Shown here: positions 1 to 7,387 of the stretch, one piece after another
Layout of the letters: each line of letters starts with the position of its first letter
Position numbering within the stretch: position 1 is the first letter of the stretch
Made by a program: the position numbers and the translations under genes
The notes under the pieces: generated by a model
The model's input: only the letters and a program-made list of their open reading frames with translations
Databases searched by the model: none
What the model was told of the DNA's origin: nothing
Origin: a virus
Lineage: Duplodnaviria > Caudoviricetes
Virus record (IMG/VR): IMGVR_UViG_3300028581_001803
Location: 1 to 24,703 of that record
Length of the DNA stretch: 24,703 bases
Reading direction: 5' to 3' (one strand)

Positions 1-1
1 A

Positions 2-1942
2 GTGGGATTCAATGCAGGAACCAAAGCCACCAAAGTGGCCAGACCTTCTTTTACCACACTATCAGTCACAGCTGCCACAGCGTCAAATGATAGATTCACC
101 TGTGCTGACAGCAGCACATTAGACGTTAACATGCCAATCATGTTCAGCGGCACAGCATTTGGTGGAGTGACCACCACTGCTACCAACCCAACCATTTATT
201 ATGTGCTGGCCAAACCCACTGGAACCACATTTACCATCAGCACCACACCAGGTGGCACTGTGTTTGATGTCACATCAGACGCTGCAGGCACCATGACCTT
301 ACACAAAGCAGGATGGGATTATCTAGTGAACACCACTTGCACCAACACCACAGTGACCACTGACTTGATCACTTGTGCATCCAATGCAGCATTGTATGTG
401 GGCGCATCAGTGCAGTTTGATGGCACCACATTTGGTGGCATAAATCCATACACTCAATACTATGTGGTCAATATCACAGGCGCCACGCAATTCAAAGTTA
501 GCACCAGCTTAGGTGGATCAGCAGTCACACTTTCAACTGCAGCAGGCACCATGACAGTGAGAGTGGTAGAACCTGTATTGGACGGAACCACCAAATATGA
601 ATATGCTCCGCGCATCGTTGTCAGTGCATCTCCGTCAGGAGTTACTGCCATTGCTAGAGCAGTGGTGACCACTGAAAAAATATCTTCTATCAGAATTATT
701 GAACCAGGTTCAGGCTATGTGTCCACTCCCACAGTGACCATTGTGGATCCCAGCAACACAGTGGAAGCACCAGTGCAAGTATTCATTGGTGACGGAGCTT
801 TGGGTCAACCCACATTTACCAACCGAGGACTTTCATACCTCACAGCAGTTACCACCATCACAGAAACTGGTGTGCAACGAACTGTGTCAGGCATCACCAA
901 TGCTAACCCAGGTGTGGTTACCACCCTCACAGCACACACATATACAGATGGTAAAAAAGTAACTTTTGCCAACGTGGCGGGCATGTTCCAAATCAACAGC
1001 GGCATATGGTATTATGTGGATGTATTGACTCCAACCACTTTTGCACTGTATGTGGATCAAGCACTCACAATACCGTTGGACACAACAAATTATGGTGTCT
1101 ATGTGGCGTCAGCTGGCACAGTGACAGAATTTGCTGGATTTAGAAACAGTTTACAGAGCGGCAGTTTCATACAAGTTCAAGGATTGAGTCAAGTGCCTCA
1201 GGCAGGTTCCAATGTGGAGTTTGCATCTCTGCCAGGCAATTATTACAAACTGGTCACTGTGCAGAATCTTTTGGGCACACAATATCCATTCACTGCATTG
1301 TTGCAAGTGAGTCCAGAAATAGCAGTGGGAGAAGCTCCCGCACATGGTGATACAATCACAATAAAAATTAGATATTCACAGATTAGATTGACAGGTCATG
1401 ACTTCTTAGACATTGGCACGGGTAATTTCACCACAACCAATTATCCAGGCATACCTTTGATCCCAGCAGACTCAGAAAAAGAAACTGTGGAAGGCGGTGG
1501 AGGTAGAGTGTTCTTTACCAGCACGGATCAGGACGGTAACTTCCGAGTGGGAGATCTGTTCTCGGTAGAACAGAGCACAGGTATCGCCACATTGAATGCA
1601 GATGCGTTCAACATATCAGGATTACAAGAACTTCAGTTGGGTGAATTGGTATTGGGAGGCACCAGTGCTTCCATCAATGAATTCTCCACAGATGGTACAA
1701 TGGCAGCCAACAGTGACCAAATTGTGCCCACTCAGAGAGCGATTAGAACATATATATCTAGTCAGATCGGTGGTGGAGCCAGCAGTTTGAACGTGAACCA
1801 GATCACTGCAGGTTTAATCACGATATACAGTAATATCATTGAAACCACCACTGGAGTGACAATAAACTTTGATTCCCCTGTGAATTTCACAGCAGGAATA
1901 AGAGGAACACCCGTAGCATTGGGCTTGTTCCTACAAGGATAA
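2..1942 (+). CDS. Large virion structural (tail fibre/baseplate-associated) protein, 5'-truncated
   Basis: The frame is open from the window edge to TAA at 1940-1942 and is Thr/Gly-rich. Two internal repeats (F.GT.FGG...YYV.....T.F..ST..GG.....AAGTMT) precede an ITNANPGVVT...H module. The C-terminal SQIRLTGHDFLDIGTG...GRVFFTSTDQDGNFRVGDLF...INEFSTDG...VPTQRAIRTY block resembles large structural proteins of aquatic T4-like phages. Confidence 0.7.
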   Translation: MGFNAGTKATKVARPSFTTLSVTAATASNDRFTCADSSTLDVNMPIMFSGTAFGGVTTTATNPTIYYVLAKPTGTTFTISTTPGGTVFDVTSDAAGTMTLHKAGWDYLVNTTCTNTTVTTDLITCASNAALYVGASVQFDGTTFGGINPYTQYYVVNITGATQFKVSTSLGGSAVTLSTAAGTMTVRVVEPVLDGTTKYEYAPRIVVSASPSGVTAIARAVVTTEKISSIRIIEPGSGYVSTPTVTIVDPSNTVEAPVQVFIGDGALGQPTFTNRGLSYLTAVTTITETGVQRTVSGITNANPGVVTTLTAHTYTDGKKVTFANVAGMFQINSGIWYYVDVLTPTTFALYVDQALTIPLDTTNYGVYVASAGTVTEFAGFRNSLQSGSFIQVQGLSQVPQAGSNVEFASLPGNYYKLVTVQNLLGTQYPFTALLQVSPEIAVGEAPAHGDTITIKIRYSQIRLTGHDFLDIGTGNFTTTNYPGIPLIPADSEKETVEGGGGRVFFTSTDQDGNFRVGDLFSVEQSTGIATLNADAFNISGLQELQLGELVLGGTSASINEFSTDGTMAANSDQIVPTQRAIRTYISSQIGGGASSLNVNQITAGLITIYSNIIETTTGVTINFDSPVNFTAGIRGTPVALGLFLQG

Positions 1943-1970
1943 CAAGAGTATAACAAAAGGAGAACAGTAA

Positions 1971-2297
1971 ATGGCAACAGGAAGATTGGGAGCAGCGAAT
2001 TTAACCGCTGGCTCTTTGAACACAGTGTACCTTTGTCCAGCTGATACGTTTGCAGTGGTTGCTGTGAACTTCCTTAATCGAGGCAATCAGGCTCAGACCT
2101 TTAGATTGGCTGTGGCTCTAGCAGACACACCAAACGCAAACGGATCTGAATGGATTGAATACGATGTGGAAGTGCTATCCAAAGGAGTTCTGGAAAGAAC
2201 TGGTTTGGTATTGGCAGCAGGCCAAAGATTAGTGGCATACGCATCAGGGGGCAACGCTAGTGTGGTTGTTTACGGCATTGAAACATCAACGCTGTAA
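1971..2297 (+). CDS. Small beta-rich virion structural protein (108 aa)
   Basis: ATG preceded by AGGAG at 1958-1962. The VYLCP...V.VNFLNRG...IEYD...GVLERTGLVL..GQ...V.VYGIE pattern is of a type common beside phage fibre genes. Confidence 0.6.
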   Translation: MATGRLGAANLTAGSLNTVYLCPADTFAVVAVNFLNRGNQAQTFRLAVALADTPNANGSEWIEYDVEVLSKGVLERTGLVLAAGQRLVAYASGGNASVVVYGIETSTL

Positions 2298-2312
2298 TAA
2301 TACCAGTATTAG

Positions 2313-2322
2313 CATAAATACA
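2313..2322 (+). promoter_or_regulatory. T4-type late promoter-like motif CATAAATACA
   Basis: Intergenic; 7/8 match to the T4 late consensus TATAAATA. Followed by AAGGA (2332-2336) and ATG at 2344. Confidence 0.6.
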
Positions 2323-2343
2323 AGCAAACATAAGGACTAAAAC

Positions 2344-2676
2344 ATGGGAAGATACATATCAACAACCGGAACCGCTGGCATAGTGATCAGAAGCGTTACG
2401 ACCACGTATCAAGCAGTTGTGAATGATAGAATTTTAGCCAACTCATCTGCAGGGGCTTTCACTATCACTTTACCACTCAGCACCAGTTTGTTGGACAACG
2501 ACACCATTCAAATCATAGATGTTGGCAATAGCGCAGCTACCAACAACATCACAGTGGCTAGAAACGGTGCATTGATCAACGGAGCAGCTGACAATTTAAC
2601 AATTGACTTGAACCAAGCAATCGTAACTTTGATTTACACAGGCGCGGGCACTGGTTGGATCGTTGGCGCAGTGTAA
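2344..2676 (+). CDS. Stand-alone tail-fibre adaptor-like domain protein (110 aa)
   Basis: The Y.A..NDRIL.NSSAGAFTITLP....D.IQIID.....NNITVARNG..ING...L..D.....LIY....GW pattern is a domain usually embedded in T4-like long tail fibre proteins. SD present. Confidence 0.6.
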   Translation: MGRYISTTGTAGIVIRSVTTTYQAVVNDRILANSSAGAFTITLPLSTSLLDNDTIQIIDVGNSAATNNITVARNGALINGAADNLTIDLNQAIVTLIYTGAGTGWIVGAV

Positions 2677-2723
2677 TTGAACACAATTCACACAGCACAA
2701 TAGATCAAAAAGGATTTGAAAGT

Positions 2724-3707
2724 ATGGCAAGTTTAAAAAACTTAACAGCGACCAAGAACAACAACTTTCCACAAGTGACAGAAACCAATGTGGAATCTGG
2801 ACAAATATTTCACTTCCAAACTGGCGCAACTTTTGAAATTTTCAATAACGGTATCTGTTTCAAACCCTGTCAATCAGGCACAGCCATAATTGAAATTTGG
2901 GGAGCAGGTGGTTCAACTGCCCAAATGTGCTGCTGTGGATTTGGTTTGCCAGGCAATCCAGGAGCTTATGCCAAGAAGACTGTGGTGTTGGACTGTTGCG
3001 GATATATTTGTGGACAGATAGGACAGTCATGCGGCAATTCAAGCGCACTTTGTTTTAGAGGATGTTCGGATGCCACAGGCGTAACTTATTATCCTCAAGG
3101 CACCGGCGCAGGACAAGGTTGCGTGTGTGCTCAAGGTGGCCGAGGCGGAGTCACTTATTGCAGCACAGGCACCAATGCCTACTGTTGTTGGGCAAGTGCT
3201 GGATTCTATCACACTTTGGGTGTGAACGGTGATTGCGGAATTATTTGCAACAAATGTTGTTCAGGTGGATGGTGTGCTCAGTCATACGGTGGAGATTTAA
3301 ACTGTCCAGGCGGATTCAGTTGTGTGAGTTACTTAGGAACTTCAGGATCATCATGTCCGTGTGCCACAAATTTTCACTTGCAAAGTCCACATGGATACTA
3401 CGCCAAATGCGGAGTGGTAGTGAGTCACAACAGTGACGACGGCAATGGTTTTGCCAACTGGTCAGGCCAAGGCAGAGGCCAGTACAGTCAAGCATTGGCA
3501 GCTGCCAGCAGATGGCCTCAAATGGGAGCTCCTTTTGCTACCTGTTGGGGATTTTCAGGCAACTGCGGATGTTATGAAAATGAAGGATGTCAACATTTAT
3601 TGCCACCAGGATTTCCAGGCACAGGACCACATCCATGTCCAGGGGTGAGAGATCACGCACATCGAGGTGGTATGGGAGCAATCAGAATCAAATGGATAGC
3701 AGGATAA
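2724..3707 (+). CDS. Gly/Cys-rich putative fibre/adhesin protein, paralog 1 (327 aa, 31 Cys)
   Basis: Start moved from the track's TTG 2655 to ATG 2724 because of AAGGA at 2710-2714 and an N-terminus that aligns with the paralogs. IEIWGAGGS and C-terminal RGG.G.IRI.W bracket a phage glycine-rich domain; MCCCG motif present. Confidence 0.65.
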   Translation: MASLKNLTATKNNNFPQVTETNVESGQIFHFQTGATFEIFNNGICFKPCQSGTAIIEIWGAGGSTAQMCCCGFGLPGNPGAYAKKTVVLDCCGYICGQIGQSCGNSSALCFRGCSDATGVTYYPQGTGAGQGCVCAQGGRGGVTYCSTGTNAYCCWASAGFYHTLGVNGDCGIICNKCCSGGWCAQSYGGDLNCPGGFSCVSYLGTSGSSCPCATNFHLQSPHGYYAKCGVVVSHNSDDGNGFANWSGQGRGQYSQALAAASRWPQMGAPFATCWGFSGNCGCYENEGCQHLLPPGFPGTGPHPCPGVRDHAHRGGMGAIRIKWIAG

Positions 3708-3711
3708 TCAT

Positions 3712-4710
3712 ATGCCAACACTGAGATCATTATTAGAAACAAAATTAGACTTCCAGCTGCAAGGTTTGGAATCAAACACCGAAGAAGGCAGAATATGGGC
3801 TTTTAATCCCGGCACAGCAGTGGGCACCAACTTCTGTTGTGGTGTGTGTTGGAGATCACCAGGCACAGGCACAGCTACCATTGAGATATGGGGTGCTGGT
3901 GGATCAGGAGCCAAAATGTGCTGCTGTGGATATGGATTACCTGGCAATCCAGGTGCTTATTCCAGCAAAACAGTTTCAGTCACAGTGGGCTGTTGTATCA
4001 GAGGCAACGTGGGATTAAGTTGCGGCAACTCAGACGATTTATGTTACAGAGGCAGATCTGAAAGCACAGGTATCTGCTGGCAAGGCAACGGCACCACAGG
4101 ATGTATGTGTGCTGAAGGTGGTCAAGGTGGATACAGTTATTGTTCTACCACTCCATCTGCTTACTGTTGTTTCACAGCAGGTGGGTTTTGCACCACCAAA
4201 TGTGCTGGCGACAACTGCGGTATTGTGTGCAACTACAGAGGACCAGGCTGTGCCATTCACCAAGCACAAGCATATGGCGGAGACTGCAACATGGCTGGCG
4301 GATTCAGTTGTGTGAGTTTCTTTGGTTGTTTGCCAACATGTCCTTGTGCCACTTGGTATCACATGAGAACTCCACCCAAGCAGTATGCAGATTGTGGAGC
4401 ATGGATCACCTACACCAATGATACGGACAATGGAGCCTACAACTGGAGCGGTGGATCTGTTTATGGATACATTCACACTTTGGGACTCACCAGTCGTAAC
4501 CCTACCATGGGCGGAAACTATTCAGCCTGTTGGACTGGACATAGATATTGCGGTTGTTACAATATGAACGGTTGCATAGCGTTTGTGCCTCCTGGTCATG
4601 GTGGACCACCACCACATCCATGTCCAGATGTGAGAGATCATGCCTACCGAGGTGGTCATGGTATAATTAGAATTAAATACGTAGGAACAGGATATTTGGG
4701 GTTAAACTAA
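3712..4710 (+). CDS. Gly/Cys-rich putative fibre/adhesin protein, paralog 2 (332 aa, 32 Cys)
   Basis: AGGA at 3701-3704. Shares EIWGAGGS, MCCCG.GLPGN.G.Y..K, CGIVCN, YGGD, CPC, CGCY...GC and PCP.VRDH..RGG.G..RI with its neighbours. Confidence 0.65.
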   Translation: MPTLRSLLETKLDFQLQGLESNTEEGRIWAFNPGTAVGTNFCCGVCWRSPGTGTATIEIWGAGGSGAKMCCCGYGLPGNPGAYSSKTVSVTVGCCIRGNVGLSCGNSDDLCYRGRSESTGICWQGNGTTGCMCAEGGQGGYSYCSTTPSAYCCFTAGGFCTTKCAGDNCGIVCNYRGPGCAIHQAQAYGGDCNMAGGFSCVSFFGCLPTCPCATWYHMRTPPKQYADCGAWITYTNDTDNGAYNWSGGSVYGYIHTLGLTSRNPTMGGNYSACWTGHRYCGCYNMNGCIAFVPPGHGGPPPHPCPDVRDHAYRGGHGIIRIKYVGTGYLGLN

Positions 4711-5672
4711 TGCCAGGATTAAAAAGTATATTATCAAGCAGAACTACCTACTCAGTGACTGAGAACAACCTTGAACAGGGCGTGATCTATGCATTCTCAC
4801 CTGGCACATTCTACACACAATTCTGCAACGGCTTCTGTTGGAAGCCACCAGCTTCAGGCTGTGCCATTGTGGAAATATGGGGTTCGGGTGGATCAGGTTC
4901 TCGTATGTGTTGTTGTGGTGGAGGACTGCCAGGCAATGCGGGTGGATATTCTAGAAAATCTTTTGAAGTGACCACTGCCAACTTTGTGTGTGGCTGTGTG
5001 GGCTTTCCCAGATATGCACACGATTTATGTTTTTCAGGTTGTGGTGATCCCAGCACAGTGTGTTGGACCAGCACTGCTTCCAACGGTTGTATGTGTGCTA
5101 GAGGTGGCCGAGGTGGAACCAGTTTCTGCAGCACCAGCACCAGCATGTTCTGTTGCTTTGGAGCCAACGGATTTTGTAGATTCGGACCCATCAACGACAA
5201 CTGCGGTATTGTGTGCAATCATTGCTCAGGTGGTTGGGAAGCACTGGCCTACGGCGGTGACATCAACTGCTGCGGCACCATAGGCTGTACATCTTTCTTA
5301 GGTTGTTATCCCACTTGTCCTTGTCAAACCATTCACCATGCACCTCTGCCAGCTTACACGTTTGCAGAAAAAGGAGCCAGAGTGAGTTTTCAAACACAGG
5401 ATGGTGGTATACACAACTCAGGCATGTCAGGCAGTCAATTGCCCAATTATCTTGGAGCGTTGGCAGGAGTAAACAAACAGCCCACCAGAGGATCTTTCAA
5501 CAGCTATTGTTGGAGATCAGACAGATCCTGCGGATGTTATGAGATGCAAGGCTGTTCACCATTTTTACCCATAGGCGCAGGTGGATTACCTCCACAACCA
5601 TGTCCAGACGTGAGAGATCACGGAATCAGAGGCGGCTGGGGCGGCATGCGTATCAGATTTATTGCTTCTTAA
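4710..5672 (+). CDS. Gly/Cys-rich putative fibre/adhesin protein, paralog 3 (320 aa, 31 Cys)
   Basis: TAATG stop/start overlap with paralog 2 at 4708-4712; same motif series in the same order. Confidence 0.65.
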   Translation: MPGLKSILSSRTTYSVTENNLEQGVIYAFSPGTFYTQFCNGFCWKPPASGCAIVEIWGSGGSGSRMCCCGGGLPGNAGGYSRKSFEVTTANFVCGCVGFPRYAHDLCFSGCGDPSTVCWTSTASNGCMCARGGRGGTSFCSTSTSMFCCFGANGFCRFGPINDNCGIVCNHCSGGWEALAYGGDINCCGTIGCTSFLGCYPTCPCQTIHHAPLPAYTFAEKGARVSFQTQDGGIHNSGMSGSQLPNYLGALAGVNKQPTRGSFNSYCWRSDRSCGCYEMQGCSPFLPIGAGGLPPQPCPDVRDHGIRGGWGGMRIRFIAS

Positions 5673-5683
5673 TAGGATATGTT

Positions 5684-5698
5684 GATAAATACACTAAA
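5684..5698 (+). promoter_or_regulatory. Late promoter-like motif GATAAATACACTAAA
   Basis: Intergenic. An identical 15-mer occurs at 10599-10613. AAGGA (5706-5710) and ATG 5718 follow. Confidence 0.65.
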
Positions 5699-5717
5699 TA
5701 GTAACAAGGAATAAAAT

Positions 5718-6371
5718 ATGATAACTAAAAATTTTACAATACCTTTGGCAGATGAGCCTTATTTAGATACCACTGCACTTAACAAATCACATCCTGCCAC
5801 TTATGTTGGCCCTAGATATTTAAAAATTACAGTTGATTCAGCAACCAGTTATGTAGAAAGAGTAGTGAGTGGAGCTGACACCATGGATGAAATGAATCAG
5901 TTAAATGTACCTTTGGAAACAGGAAAAACCTATCATATTTTAGATGCTAACACTTATACCTTTGAAGCAGCGTACCTTACTGGTCTGTACAATACCGGAA
6001 TAACTGAAAATTACACAGAAACTTTGCCTACCACCAATGCTGAAGGCACTGCAGAAACTTGGACTTATGGTTGGGATGACAACACAGGCATGATAGCTCA
6101 ACAGTATTATAATATAGATTTAAAATTTGTTAACGGCTCTTTTGTAAGACCTAGATTTAGAGTTCATGCATTAACCAGAGATAGTTTTATGCAGAGCATG
6201 CAATTACAAATCACTAATATCACCAATGCTTTGGAAAATAATGAAACATTGACTGAAGAAGCACGCGAACAATTAGAAACTTATCGCACTTGGCTACAAA
6301 ATTTACCAACCAAATATGCCAACGTAAAACACTGGAAAATTCCATTCACATTACCTGTGCCAATCTACTAA
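5718..6371 (+). CDS. Putative tail fibre assembly chaperone-like protein (217 aa)
   Basis: The C-terminal LETYRTWLQNLP...W..PF..P resembles the YR..LRDLP...WP signature of phage tail fibre assembly chaperones. It lies directly after the fibre-like genes. Confidence 0.5.
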   Translation: MITKNFTIPLADEPYLDTTALNKSHPATYVGPRYLKITVDSATSYVERVVSGADTMDEMNQLNVPLETGKTYHILDANTYTFEAAYLTGLYNTGITENYTETLPTTNAEGTAETWTYGWDDNTGMIAQQYYNIDLKFVNGSFVRPRFRVHALTRDSFMQSMQLQITNITNALENNETLTEEAREQLETYRTWLQNLPTKYANVKHWKIPFTLPVPIY

Positions 6372-6406
6372 ATCAAGAATAATTCACCCACACGTCACAG
6401 CTGATA

Positions 6407-6431
6407 TATAATACTGTGTAATCACAGTATT
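6407..6431 (+). promoter_or_regulatory. TATAAT box overlapped by a perfect 9-bp inverted repeat (AATACTGTG-TAAT-CACAGTATT)
   Basis: TATAAT at 6407-6412; arms at 6410-6418 and 6423-6431; ATG at 6443. The -35 candidate TTCACC (6383-6388) is weak. Confidence 0.5.
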
Positions 6432-6442
6432 GAATATCGCAT

Positions 6443-7387
6443 ATGAATAGATCCAAAGCATTTTTTCTCAATGGTGGCATAGGTAGAATACTATGTGCTA
6501 TTCCTGCACTGGAAAAATATGCAGAAGAATCAGGAGACAAAGATTTTTTGGTAATCTGTGAAGGAGCAGTGGACATACTCAAAGGTCATCCTTTATTGGA
6601 TCAAAAAACCTACGATATTTTTCATAAAAATTTATTTCATTCCAAACTGCAGAGCAGAGATGTGGTGAGTTTGGAGCCTTACAGAGTTTGGGAGTACTAC
6701 AATCAAAAATGTAATCTTTCACAAGCATTTGATATCTTGATCAACAACAAAGGTGTGAGAGTATTGCCTAAACCCACTGTGATACTCAGCAAAGAAGAGA
6801 TTGCACAAGGACAAAAAGTAATAGATGAGATCAAAACAAAAATTAAAAAAGAAAAAACCATTGTGTTTCAACCATTCGGCCGAGGCATAGAACATATTGA
6901 CAAGACTCTTATTGATAAAACTGGACGCAGTTTTGAGTACAAAGACGTGAAAAAATTGATTGGCAAACTGCAAAAAGAAGGCTTTGCTGTGATACTCATG
7001 TCTGAGTTTGGATTGGAGTTAAAAGATCAAAAATACTCAGATGAAGTGGCCATGCCTGAAGGATTGAATCTCAGACAGTGGACTTCAGTGATCAAACATG
7101 CAGATCACTTTTTCGGATGTGACAGTGTGGGACAGCATTTGGCCTACATTGTGGGCACACCTACCACAGTGGTATTGGGTCCTACCTATCCCATCAATAC
7201 CAGTTATCCTGATTGTGAATATTTTAATATCATGGACATGGGAGAAATAGAAAGGGAATACGACCCTATTAGAATAACCATGGATGAAAGAATCACACGC
7301 AAAAATGAAATATTGATGTCCATGAATGAGGACATTGAGGAGTTTGCCATCAACACCATCATGGGAAGAAATAAAGATGACAAATAA
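6443..7387 (+). CDS. GT-B fold glycosyltransferase, GT9 (ADP-heptose heptosyltransferase)-like, paralog A (314 aa)
   Basis: N-terminal GIGRILCAIPAL aligns with WaaC SMGDVLHTLPAL. C-terminal ADHFFGCDSVGQHLA...PTTVVLGPTYP matches the GT9 DTG..HLA....P....GPT.P motif. Confidence 0.75.
   Translation: MNRSKAFFLNGGIGRILCAIPALEKYAEESGDKDFLVICEGAVDILKGHPLLDQKTYDIFHKNLFHSKLQSRDVVSLEPYRVWEYYNQKCNLSQAFDILINNKGVRVLPKPTVILSKEEIAQGQKVIDEIKTKIKKEKTIVFQPFGRGIEHIDKTLIDKTGRSFEYKDVKKLIGKLQKEGFAVILMSEFGLELKDQKYSDEVAMPEGLNLRQWTSVIKHADHFFGCDSVGQHLAYIVGTPTTVVLGPTYPINTSYPDCEYFNIMDMGEIEREYDPIRITMDERITRKNEILMSMNEDIEEFAINTIMGRNKDDK
6674..6711 (+). repeat. 38-nt direct repeat, copy 1 (inside GT paralog A)
   Basis: GAGCCTTACAGAGTTTGGGAGTACTACAATCAAAAATG; 37/38 identical to 9415-9452. 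Confidence 0.9.

Noticed and set aside
2298-2311. TAATAC-CA-GTATTA inverted repeat, with AATACCAG also at 10582-10589 upstream of a late motif
   Set aside because: The loop is only 2 nt, the stem is AT-rich, and spacing to the promoter differs; plausible by chance.
2607-2723. The -1 frame of Cys-rich paralog 1 is open back into the 110-aa gene, suggesting a frameshift fusion
   Set aside because: No X-XXY-YYZ slippery heptamer in the overlap, and ATG 2724 has its own SD and an N-terminus matching the paralogs.
4039-5218. Antisense ORFs of 135-145 aa (others at 11025-11507, 12036-12467, 24124-24579)
   Set aside because: They are shadows of well-supported sense genes with biased codon usage and show no motifs or initiation signals.
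2724-5672. Cys-rich genes as RiPP precursors, DGR targets or CRISPR-like repeats
   Set aside because: They are over 300 aa, there is no radical SAM enzyme, peptidase or reverse transcriptase in the window, no adenine-specific template/variable pair, and no regularly spaced repeats.
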